Positions 9,915 to 18,294 of a stretch of 49,335 nucleotides of DNA are shown piece by piece. Location: positions 1 to 49,335 of the forward strand of contig CANRJU010000001.1 of the NCBI GenBank assembly GCA_947631075.1, given 5' to 3'. How positions within the stretch are numbered: the first letter of the stretch is position 1; every line of letters starts with the position of its first letter. Origin of the DNA: an uncultured Lachnospiraceae bacterium (lineage in GTDB: Bacteria; Bacillota; Clostridia; Lachnospirales; Lachnospiraceae). The notes beneath the pieces were generated by a model that was given only the letters and a program-made list of their open reading frames with translations, did not search any database and had not been told where the DNA came from. The translations under genes and the position numbers were made by a program.

Positions 9915-11321
9915 TTAATTTAATGAAAGACTGCTATCCAGAACCCGGATAATTTTCTGATTCATAGAATCATAGGAGTTCCAAATTTCATCTTCTGGCG
10001 CAATACCAATAAACTCTGCCAGCTTTTTTATCTTCTCCATAATCTCGCCTGGCAACAGCCCCTTTCTTTTTCTATTTGTCAAATATTGATTATCTGCGGA
10101 AACAAAACCTTTAGCATCCGTTTCTGTCAAGCGCGTCCACTTCTCAATCATGTCCTCCGTGACCGGAGTCATTGTGTGAGCCGCCCTGTTTCTGACCTTT
10201 TCCTCCACTATCCGCAGCTCCTCAATCAAAAGATTCAGCTTTTGATTTTTTGACAGGGCAAGAATCAAATCTTTAATATGCACGGAATACACCGGACCAT
10301 TATAATTAAATTGTCCTTGATACCTATCTTGCAAAATCCGCTCCGCCTCGCTGCCTTTTAATTTGTTCTTGTCCCATTTCCGCACCCCGTTCCACTCGAT
10401 ACAATATGTATCAATATCCGTATGACACTGTTTTTTTAACGCACGTTCCATCAGAGCAACAATCGGCGGCGTAATCGCCCTTACAAAATCGTCATAATTT
10501 CCGCGAAGCTTTTTTATCTGCAAACTCAGAAGATACTCCACCACAATCCTCTCTCCCTCGCTTCTGACGGGCATGGGCTGATATCCGATTTTTCCGGCAA
10601 TCTCATTGACGCGATACGCATTTAGTTCAGCTCTCGCCTTTGCCTGCTCCAAATACAGCAGACATTCCGGTGAAAGCTGCTCTTTCATCCCTTCCGCGAC
10701 CTGATAGGCCGCCGTATAATCATACGCCAGCAAATGCTTTTTTACAATATTGGCTTTCAGCAAAGAAGCCAGATTGACTGACTTCACAACCTGGCAGCGC
10801 GACGGAATATCCGGAAGGTTATCCTCATTGCACTCCCACTGCGCTTCCACCTCATACTCCTGCATATTCTCGTCCATGCGATTGCTGCTTTTCAGCGGAG
10901 TTGTCACCTGAATTGCCTGAAACGGAACCTCGGCCAAGGTAGACAGCACAACCAGGGCGTTCTTCATCGCCGGCGTCCCCGATGAAATATTAACATACAG
11001 CTCATCTTCTGGAAGCATCGTTTTCCTTATGTCCGTAATGCAGGTAATAAAATCCTGATAGAAAATTTCATGATCCTGCACATCTTTCAGGTCTTCACGA
11101 ATAATCAGTTCTGTGCGGAACGAATGACCGCACATTTTCCCCAGCTCATCCAAACAGTACAGGTAACGATTATCCCGTTTGTGATTTTCATACATTTCAA
11201 AAGACAGATACAAATACACCTTATCCGGGAGGTAATGCCTGCAAATATGGAGCAGCGAGCCATCCCTGTAATTTCTGATTGGATCCGAGCCTCCCACCGG
11301 CGAAAATAAAATTCTGCTCAT
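9915..11321 (-). CDS. csm6: Type III-A CRISPR-associated CARF-HEPN ribonuclease Csm6
   Basis: N-terminus ILFSPVGGSDPI..RDGSLLHICRHY, CARF NISSGTPAM, and HEPN RNRAAH (RxxxxH). Confidence 0.9.
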   Translation of the reverse strand: MSRILFSPVGGSDPIRNYRDGSLLHICRHYLPDKVYLYLSFEMYENHKRDNRYLYCLDELGKMCGHSFRTELIIREDLKDVQDHEIFYQDFITCITDIRKTMLPEDELYVNISSGTPAMKNALVVLSTLAEVPFQAIQVTTPLKSSNRMDENMQEYEVEAQWECNEDNLPDIPSRCQVVKSVNLASLLKANIVKKHLLAYDYTAAYQVAEGMKEQLSPECLLYLEQAKARAELNAYRVNEIAGKIGYQPMPVRSEGERIVVEYLLSLQIKKLRGNYDDFVRAITPPIVALMERALKKQCHTDIDTYCIEWNGVRKWDKNKLKGSEAERILQDRYQGQFNYNGPVYSVHIKDLILALSKNQKLNLLIEELRIVEEKVRNRAAHTMTPVTEDMIEKWTRLTETDAKGFVSADNQYLTNRKRKGLLPGEIMEKIKKLAEFIGIAPEDEIWNSYDSMNQKIIRVLDSSLSLN

Positions 11322-11349
11322 AAATATTCTCTCCTCATTATATGTTTAA

Positions 11350-11475
11350 TAAATAACATTTTTCTTTAATTTCAGGTCAGTTTTAATTGGCTTCTTTTAC
11401 TGATAGAATACATTTTTTCCGGCATATTGTCAATACGGTTTCCCGTTCCTTCTCGGGGGGCTATTCTTCTAAAAT
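11350..11475 (-). promoter_or_regulatory. csm6 promoter with a lone degenerate CRISPR repeat (copy of 32556-32678)
   Basis: TTGACA-17 bp-TATTCT on the minus strand; repeat relic gtttcccgttccttctcggggggctattcttctaaaat at 11438-11475; near-identical to the cas1 upstream region. Confidence 0.85.
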
Positions 11476-11669
11476 TCCGCATCATCTTTTAACACATAGT
11501 TGTCGAGATCTATCCCTCTCTTATTTTTCGCCATTTCTATTAACTTTTCCGGTGATGCCTTTTCTACATCAAAAGATTCCATTAAAGCAGCCCCAAATCC
11601 GCCTCCGAAATAGGCGCCATAACATTCCTGTTTCATATCTTCTCTTAATTTTTCGATGTCAATTTTCAT
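11469..11669 (-). CDS. Small hypothetical protein (66 aa), paralogue of the neighbouring gene
   Basis: GGAGG RBS before MKIDIEKLRED; shares an IxLRxD...DVxxASxExLIxxAK...DLxxY pattern with 11706..11969. Confidence 0.7.
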   Translation of the reverse strand: MKIDIEKLREDMKQECYGAYFGGGFGAALMESFDVEKASPEKLIEMAKNKRGIDLDNYVLKDDAEF

Positions 11670-11705
11670 TGTTTTTTCCTCCATAATATTTTTTTGATAC
11701 CATCA

Positions 11706-11969
11706 TCATATTAACGGATTATCAAACCAATCAATGCGCATTTCTTCCCTTGTTTCTCTTTTTTTACTATTATTAGTATTGCTTTTTTTTCTGTACTTGT
11801 TCAAATCAAATTTATTTTTTTTTGCTAATTTTATTAGTTCTTCGGAAGATGCTGTTTTTACATCAATCACATCCATCATTGCAATCGGGGACGCCATAAA
11901 CATTGCAGATGTAAAATAATCCTCCAAATCCTTTCTTAATCTGATAAAATCAAAATTGTTATTAACCAT
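11706..11969 (-). CDS. Small hypothetical protein (87 aa), paralogue of the neighbouring gene
   Basis: AAGGAGG RBS; same motif pattern as the adjacent ORF. Confidence 0.7.
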   Translation of the reverse strand: MVNNNFDFIRLRKDLEDYFTSAMFMASPIAMMDVIDVKTASSEELIKLAKKNKFDLNKYRKKSNTNNSKKRETREEMRIDWFDNPLI

Positions 11970-11996
11970 ATGACAAACCTCCTTCTATAACATGCT

Positions 11997-13352
11997 CTAC
12001 TTCACACGAAAAATTATTTGACCTTTGTTGTTTATACTTCTACTCACTAATCCATCTTCTTCTAAAGAAAATAAAATTTGGTAAATTCTCAACTTGCTTA
12101 AATCTTTAATCAATATTATCTTATCCTTTCTATTCGGATTAATTGTTCTGTTACGTTTTATTAACTCATACATTTTTCTTCTTGCACATGAATATGAATT
12201 ATTTCTATTCATATCAGTTAATCCACACTTACTATTAGTAACTCGATACTTATTTTTGCTTAATGATGGAGTATTTCTTTTTATTATACTGGAAATTTTT
12301 TCTTTAATATCTTTTGGATTGGTAGGCATTTTAAATGATTGTTCTAACTCTAATATTTTCTTTTTGTATTCGTTATCAAATCTTTCTATAATCTCCTCTC
12401 TTTTCTTTTTATAATCCGTATTAGTATTTGTAATTTCCAACCTAATTTTTTCTATTTTATGTTTGTTGATATCAATTTCATTTAATAATTTATTCTTTTG
12501 ACGAAATTTTAATATCCCCAATATGAATAATTCATCCTCTTTAATCATGTTTTCTTTTTCCACTAATTCAATGTTCTTTTGGAAATCCGCTATAATTTCA
12601 TCATTTCCCTTTTTTAGTATATCTATCTGTTCATTTTTTAATGACTCACATTCTTCTTCAATTTTTTTTCGTTCAAATTCCAATTCTTCTTGAATTTCCT
12701 TGATTTCATTTTTATATATTTTCTGTTCTTCTTTCAAATCTCCTAATATTTCAGATAAAAAAATTTTATTATTTTCTTCTTCCTTTTTTCTTTTTTTTAC
12801 TACTTGTGGATCTTTTTCATATTCTCGTTTCCACCAACGCTTAATATCATTTAATTCATTCGGAATATCATAAACAAATCTTCCCAAATCCCGATAAAAT
12901 GAACTATATTTGAAAGAATCATATTCTAAAGCAAGCCCAAAAAAAGTATTAAATGATAAACTCAAATCAGAAAACGCATCGAATACATCTCCTACAATAT
13001 CATTTATGCCTTCTTTTAATAAATAATTTGCACCTTGCTTTAATAATTTTTTCCCTTCTCTGTCTAATTCAGTCAAAAAATCATCGTATTTACATCCATA
13101 TGACCTTGCCACCTGTTTTATGTTTTTCATTTCCCATTTTAATTCATATTCTGATTTTATTTTTTTGCTCTCTAAACCACTACTGTATTCATCTCGAGTA
13201 AATTCCCAATCTTCCCTAAGTCTTTTTAAATTTTTTTTTGCCTGCTTTAAAAATTCATCACAGTACTCCTTCAAATCATTTTCTTCCTGTTTAGTATCTT
13301 TGGTATTATTTTCTTTAAAATCACCGTTGCTATTTCCTGATATCTTTTTCAT
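11997..13352 (-). CDS. Very AT-rich coiled-coil hypothetical protein, possible C-terminal wHTH
   Basis: Long K/E-rich ORF; start placed at the ATG after GGAGG (the track extends it to 13391); the C-terminus ILFSLEEDGLVSR looks wHTH-like. Confidence 0.65.
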   Translation of the reverse strand: MKKISGNSNGDFKENNTKDTKQEENDLKEYCDEFLKQAKKNLKRLREDWEFTRDEYSSGLESKKIKSEYELKWEMKNIKQVARSYGCKYDDFLTELDREGKKLLKQGANYLLKEGINDIVGDVFDAFSDLSLSFNTFFGLALEYDSFKYSSFYRDLGRFVYDIPNELNDIKRWWKREYEKDPQVVKKRKKEEENNKIFLSEILGDLKEEQKIYKNEIKEIQEELEFERKKIEEECESLKNEQIDILKKGNDEIIADFQKNIELVEKENMIKEDELFILGILKFRQKNKLLNEIDINKHKIEKIRLEITNTNTDYKKKREEIIERFDNEYKKKILELEQSFKMPTNPKDIKEKISSIIKRNTPSLSKNKYRVTNSKCGLTDMNRNNSYSCARRKMYELIKRNRTINPNRKDKIILIKDLSKLRIYQILFSLEEDGLVSRSINNKGQIIFRVK

Positions 13353-13432
13353 TGTTTTCCTCCATACTGTTGTTTTTGATAATAACTTCATATTAAAATC
13401 TCCTAGTCAGAACATGCCTATCTACTCAACTG

Positions 13433-16400
13433 TCAAAAAACGGTAACCTTTCCTTTTTCAAATTCCTCGTTAGTTATTGGCTCAAGTTCACCCGCATAAT
13501 TCTCCAAAAAATCATAAGCATACTTTCTGTTCAGCTTATCATGAATCTTCTGGTTATAATAATTTCTCAGGCAGCTATAGCAGGAAGGCGAGCAGTTGCA
13601 TCCTTTAGTGATAGCGATTGCCTTATCGACAACCTGACGAAACTTGCCCCCGTCTTCTGTAACCATTCGTCTCACATGACCAGCACCTCCTGCTACCGCA
13701 TCATAAAGAACAATTGAATAAATCAGTCTGTTATCATAAACGATTTTATGCAGGCATCCTTTGATGTCATTACGCTCGATATCCAAAACAGACGATAAAG
13801 CTTCCAGAAGAGCGTACATAACAGACAACATCACATCCTGACTGTCGGCCTGGGGAGTAGCAAATACCAGACGAACAACATCTGTCCTAAACACATGACA
13901 AAGTTTGTTCTTAACAAGTTTAACTTCACACTTCTTTCCCCAGGGTGTAGTATGTATTCGTTTCAATGTGTGCTGATGAGAATTAAAGCTTGCATCCTCC
14001 ATATTCTCTGTCGTACTCTCTGCATAACCACAATGAGGGCAAACATAAAAATCATCCTTGCAGACAACCATCAGAGAATCATTGATGGATGTCTCCATCT
14101 GGAAACGATTACCGTCATTCATTACAAAGGCGTACTTCTGCATGATTTGTCGCTGAGCATCGCCAATATAGAAATCATCGCTCCGATACACTTTGTCCGG
14201 CTTACGCATCGGAACATCCTTAGGCTTCGCATCTGCAACAAAACCTTTACGCGGTTCAATAGCCTGCTTCCACCTAATCCTAGGGATAATCTCATGGCAG
14301 GAAACACATTCCTCTCCTGAAGAATCCGGCTCCATAAATCTATGATTCCAGGTCTGACAGGAGGGATTTTCGCATTGTGCAATGTAGGCAGTTTCCCAAT
14401 CCTGGCCCGTAGTTTGCGGAAGCTTACGAATATATCTACTTGTGTACAGTTTACCATCTGCAACTACCTGTGCATCTGGAGCATACTCAGAAATAGCAAG
14501 CTGCAGATCGCGTACCATTTGCAATTTCCTATCCGTTGATGAGTTGGCATTCTGATATAGTTCCACCGTATCAACAGGAAAGCCGTACTTCGGCAAAACG
14601 TTGTTTCTTACGAGAAATTCAATCAACTCATTGCGTCCGCGGTTATCATCTTTACCACGTCGATAAGACCACAGTTTTTTTTCGACTGCAGCCGCCTCCT
14701 GTGTGAGCCCCTTTTTAAGCAGTCCATTATATTCGTCAATATAATATTGCACTGTTTGACGAAATTCATCTACAGCAATTTTCAGAACTCCATCATCTCC
14801 AATCAACTTATCAATCCAGGAATAATCAGTGATTCCCATAATGGAGTGCATATTTTCTGGAATAGATGCTTTCAAAATTTCTTTCAGATGCTCAGGCTTA
14901 CTCCTCAGATAAGCGCAAAGCCGTTCCCACCCATCTCCATTTAGAAATACATCAGCGTTATTAGCATTATAAACATCCACCTGTTTTGCAAAGAAATCAC
15001 TTAATGCAACCGCAAAGATATGACGAAGAATCACCTTCTCATTTCTTACAGTGAAAAGTGGGACACCAATCTTTCCAGTAATCATATTTTCTGGATTTTT
15101 GTAATAGGTGAAATCGTGCGAGCTCAGCTTTGAATACGTCAATGAAAAGGCGGCTGCATTCTTTCCACGCCCTGCGCGACCTGCTCTCTGCACATAGTTT
15201 GCCGGTGAAGGCGGCATATTTCGCAAATAAACCGTTTCAAGGTCACCGACATCGACGCCCATTTCAAAAGTCGTTGAGCAACTCAGAGCATTGATTTCCT
15301 TGTTTACAAACATCTCCTGATACTTCTGCTGTTCTTCCCGACCAAGCTGAGCTGTATGCTCCTTGATATGCAACGGCTGCATCAAACTAGATTGATAAAG
15401 TTTTGCATAGTGATTGTCTTCCAATAAACTTGCATGTGTAATCTGTTTCAGATGCCCTCCACATTTCAATGTTGTACACATGCCCTTACAATTGATCATG
15501 CTGGTTTTGCCGCAAACATCACAGACATAGATAGGCACATCTTCCGTCCCAGCGCCGATTGTAAAACGCTCGGCGCTGAAATAAAACTCATCATTGCCTG
15601 CGGTAGAAAGCGGTTCTTCTCCCCTGAGAACCTCATCCCAGTAAATCTGCAAAAGCTCATTTGCTGATGCCTCGTCCAAATTCAAAACCTTCATTACCCT
15701 TTTCAAGCGCCCATTTTTAAGCAGATTACCGTTTTTTCTGATAGCCGAAGACCACCCGGCAAGATAAGATTTTTTCTTGTCCTTATCCAAATCCTTGCAG
15801 CGCTTTACACGTTTTGCTTTTGCTGTATAGAAAATATACTCCCGATCATCATCTGTCAGTTCACAGTCACCCTCGATGGCACCGTGATAAACAATATCCA
15901 TCGCCAACAGATCAAATAGCGCCTTCATATCCTGAATATTCTGACCGTAAGCTTCTGCCACACCAGCCATCACTTCTTCGCTATTGCCCTTATAGTTGAA
16001 TTTAATAATACCCATAGATACAAGACTGGTGCTTCTGCGGGCATTTGCCATCTCATTGAGGACTGCAATCCAAGCGTTCTTTCTGCTAATAGCTGTAAGG
16101 TTTTCTGTTCCCTTATCGCCAGGTTCTGCAAATGTCCTGCAGGAATCGAAATAAGCAGTCAGTTCATCTACAAAATGCTGAATCTCCCAGGGATGCGCAG
16201 CCATATTATCGCGATTCTTATCAACAACATGCCAAATTCCACGCCGGCGAAGGAATTCACTATAAGAAGCTGTCATATAAGAAGCGAAGAAGGCTGCCTC
16301 ACCACGACTGTCAGAAAAAGACAGAAACTGTCTCTTTCTTTTGATAATATCTACCTGCGCCGACTGTTTTGCAGAACTAAAAAGCCCCCTTTTGCTACCA

Positions 16401-18292
16401 GCTTCCGGACGCTTACTCTTCAGAACCTTCTCGCTCTCCGGCAATTCCTCAAAGAGTGAAGTTCCAAGTACCGCTGTAGCAGCATCGTAGCCAAGATAAA
16501 ATGTCTTGAAATTTCCAAAGTTACAGCTTGGGCATTTCCCATCGCCACGGACTCCGTTTTTCTTTGCCTTGCGAACTCTGACGTAATGATTGAGGCCACA
16601 GGTACACGGCAAATCTGATTTCAGACTCTCATGTATGAGAGCACCGCACTTAGAGCACAGCAAGTAATCATTTTTTCCGATTTCCCAGTTAGCATCTTCC
16701 TCATCTTCCTCACCATCCAGATCGGTATCATGGCTGTCACGAAGTAAATAGTATTCCATATTCAAATCATAAGAATCACATGCAAATTCCAGCTTACCAT
16801 CTATCTCACGACCTGCTACAGCAATACGTCCACAATCGTCACATATAGCACATTCAAATACTTTCCATCCTTCTCCGTTAATCATCGTATTACGATTGCG
16901 GTTCAGTATCAGTTTCTTGTGCTGTCCAAGTGTAATATATGCGCCCTCGAGTGCTTTAACGAACATGTGATAACGTGCCTTAATGAGAGCAGACTTGTTC
17001 TTAGCAGCCTGTGCCGCCACACTAATAATATTTACAACATCCTGTTCCGTAACATCGTGCGTTTCTCTTAAAGCTCCGGTAATTTCCGGAATCGTCATCG
17101 GTCGGCAAGTAATGTTGCGCAATTGACGATATACAGATGCACATACACAGAGATCATACAGAAACTCCGCATCCGACTGTTCGTCTGAAATATCCATACC
17201 ATAATCTTCTGCAATTACATTCAGCGGCTTCTTCGGATCAACAATATCTGCAAACACGGAAAGTGGAATATTCTTCGAAGGTTTATCATACGAAGGCACC
17301 ACACTCTGTGAACGGATAATATCTTCTTCCCGGAATCTTGCATTACAAAGTGTGTCAGCGAATTTAACGATATCCTCGTCAGCTTCTTTTCCGCCAAGTG
17401 TTGCGCTAGTAAGAATGTGCAGCACATTTTCAGGATTGCTGATTCTGGCCTTGAGACGCTTTAAAAGCAGGGAGGTTTCCATTCCTGTTGTGCCGCGATA
17501 AATATGTGCTTCATCAAGGACAAGAAATCGCAGCTTTGCCCCTGAAAAGACAAGGTCATCTTTCGGTCGGAGCATCATATACTCTAGCATGGCATAATTT
17601 GTCACAAGAATATGCGGCGGCGTTTTCTGCATCTGATCCCGAGAAATGATTTCATTTTTCAGTGGCTTGAGCGGATAACCATTAGCCGTCTTATATATCT
17701 TTCCATATTCTGCAATGCCATCCTGCTCATTTTGTTTGGTACTGCTGTTATAGACGCCAAAGGTAATATCCGGGTAACTTTTGAGTAAATTACGGAGTCG
17801 TTTCATCTGATCGTTCGCCAATGCATTCATGGGATAAATCAGAATTGCCCGAACGCCGGAGGTTAATGTACCTTTTTCTGCTTCTCTGAGCAAATGATTA
17901 ATAATAGGGATTATGAAACATTCCGTCTTACCTGAACCTGTACCCGTCGTAACAATCAGATTTTTGCCTTGGTTTGTTTTTCTGAGTGCATTTTCCTGGT
18001 GAAGATAAAGCCCTCTATTAATCTGAATTTCTTTTTCACCGTCAGGTATATTGCCCTCCAGTATTTTGAATAGAGGGGAAGCCTCGCCTTCCTCAATCAT
18101 TTGCGCCAGGCTCTTGCCTGTTTTATAAGAATCGCTCACATCAAGGTATGGTCCTTTTGAGACCGCACCATCGGCCTGCAATGCAGAAACAAACTGCGCC
18201 GCATATTCCCTGTCAGAAATATGAAACAACGTAGAGATGTATCCAATAAATTCATTTTTAATTTTTTCGGCTGCCAAAATTGGACTGAACAT
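13433..18292 (-). CDS. Large DEAD/DEAH SF2 helicase with DUF1998 zinc domain (Druantia DruE-like)
   Basis: TGTGSGKT, YPMNALANDQ, LDEAH, TSAT, FSDSR, TTFEMGVDVG and QRAGRAGR motifs, several CxxC pairs, and C-terminal YDAVAGGAG...CNC..SCYSC; 1619 aa. Confidence 0.85.
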   Translation of the reverse strand: MFSPILAAEKIKNEFIGYISTLFHISDREYAAQFVSALQADGAVSKGPYLDVSDSYKTGKSLAQMIEEGEASPLFKILEGNIPDGEKEIQINRGLYLHQENALRKTNQGKNLIVTTGTGSGKTECFIIPIINHLLREAEKGTLTSGVRAILIYPMNALANDQMKRLRNLLKSYPDITFGVYNSSTKQNEQDGIAEYGKIYKTANGYPLKPLKNEIISRDQMQKTPPHILVTNYAMLEYMMLRPKDDLVFSGAKLRFLVLDEAHIYRGTTGMETSLLLKRLKARISNPENVLHILTSATLGGKEADEDIVKFADTLCNARFREEDIIRSQSVVPSYDKPSKNIPLSVFADIVDPKKPLNVIAEDYGMDISDEQSDAEFLYDLCVCASVYRQLRNITCRPMTIPEITGALRETHDVTEQDVVNIISVAAQAAKNKSALIKARYHMFVKALEGAYITLGQHKKLILNRNRNTMINGEGWKVFECAICDDCGRIAVAGREIDGKLEFACDSYDLNMEYYLLRDSHDTDLDGEEDEEDANWEIGKNDYLLCSKCGALIHESLKSDLPCTCGLNHYVRVRKAKKNGVRGDGKCPSCNFGNFKTFYLGYDAATAVLGTSLFEELPESEKVLKSKRPEAGSKRGLFSSAKQSAQVDIIKRKRQFLSFSDSRGEAAFFASYMTASYSEFLRRRGIWHVVDKNRDNMAAHPWEIQHFVDELTAYFDSCRTFAEPGDKGTENLTAISRKNAWIAVLNEMANARRSTSLVSMGIIKFNYKGNSEEVMAGVAEAYGQNIQDMKALFDLLAMDIVYHGAIEGDCELTDDDREYIFYTAKAKRVKRCKDLDKDKKKSYLAGWSSAIRKNGNLLKNGRLKRVMKVLNLDEASANELLQIYWDEVLRGEEPLSTAGNDEFYFSAERFTIGAGTEDVPIYVCDVCGKTSMINCKGMCTTLKCGGHLKQITHASLLEDNHYAKLYQSSLMQPLHIKEHTAQLGREEQQKYQEMFVNKEINALSCSTTFEMGVDVGDLETVYLRNMPPSPANYVQRAGRAGRGKNAAAFSLTYSKLSSHDFTYYKNPENMITGKIGVPLFTVRNEKVILRHIFAVALSDFFAKQVDVYNANNADVFLNGDGWERLCAYLRSKPEHLKEILKASIPENMHSIMGITDYSWIDKLIGDDGVLKIAVDEFRQTVQYYIDEYNGLLKKGLTQEAAAVEKKLWSYRRGKDDNRGRNELIEFLVRNNVLPKYGFPVDTVELYQNANSSTDRKLQMVRDLQLAISEYAPDAQVVADGKLYTSRYIRKLPQTTGQDWETAYIAQCENPSCQTWNHRFMEPDSSGEECVSCHEIIPRIRWKQAIEPRKGFVADAKPKDVPMRKPDKVYRSDDFYIGDAQRQIMQKYAFVMNDGNRFQMETSINDSLMVVCKDDFYVCPHCGYAESTTENMEDASFNSHQHTLKRIHTTPWGKKCEVKLVKNKLCHVFRTDVVRLVFATPQADSQDVMLSVMYALLEALSSVLDIERNDIKGCLHKIVYDNRLIYSIVLYDAVAGGAGHVRRMVTEDGGKFRQVVDKAIAITKGCNCSPSCYSCLRNYYNQKIHDKLNRKYAYDFLENYAGELEPITNEEFEKGKVTVF

Positions 18293-18294
18293 AC

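Noticed and set aside
13433-18292. DISARM assignment of the DUF1998 helicase
   Set aside because: No methyltransferase, PLD (drmC) or separate drmA/drmB genes; size and partner fit a Druantia-like unit better.
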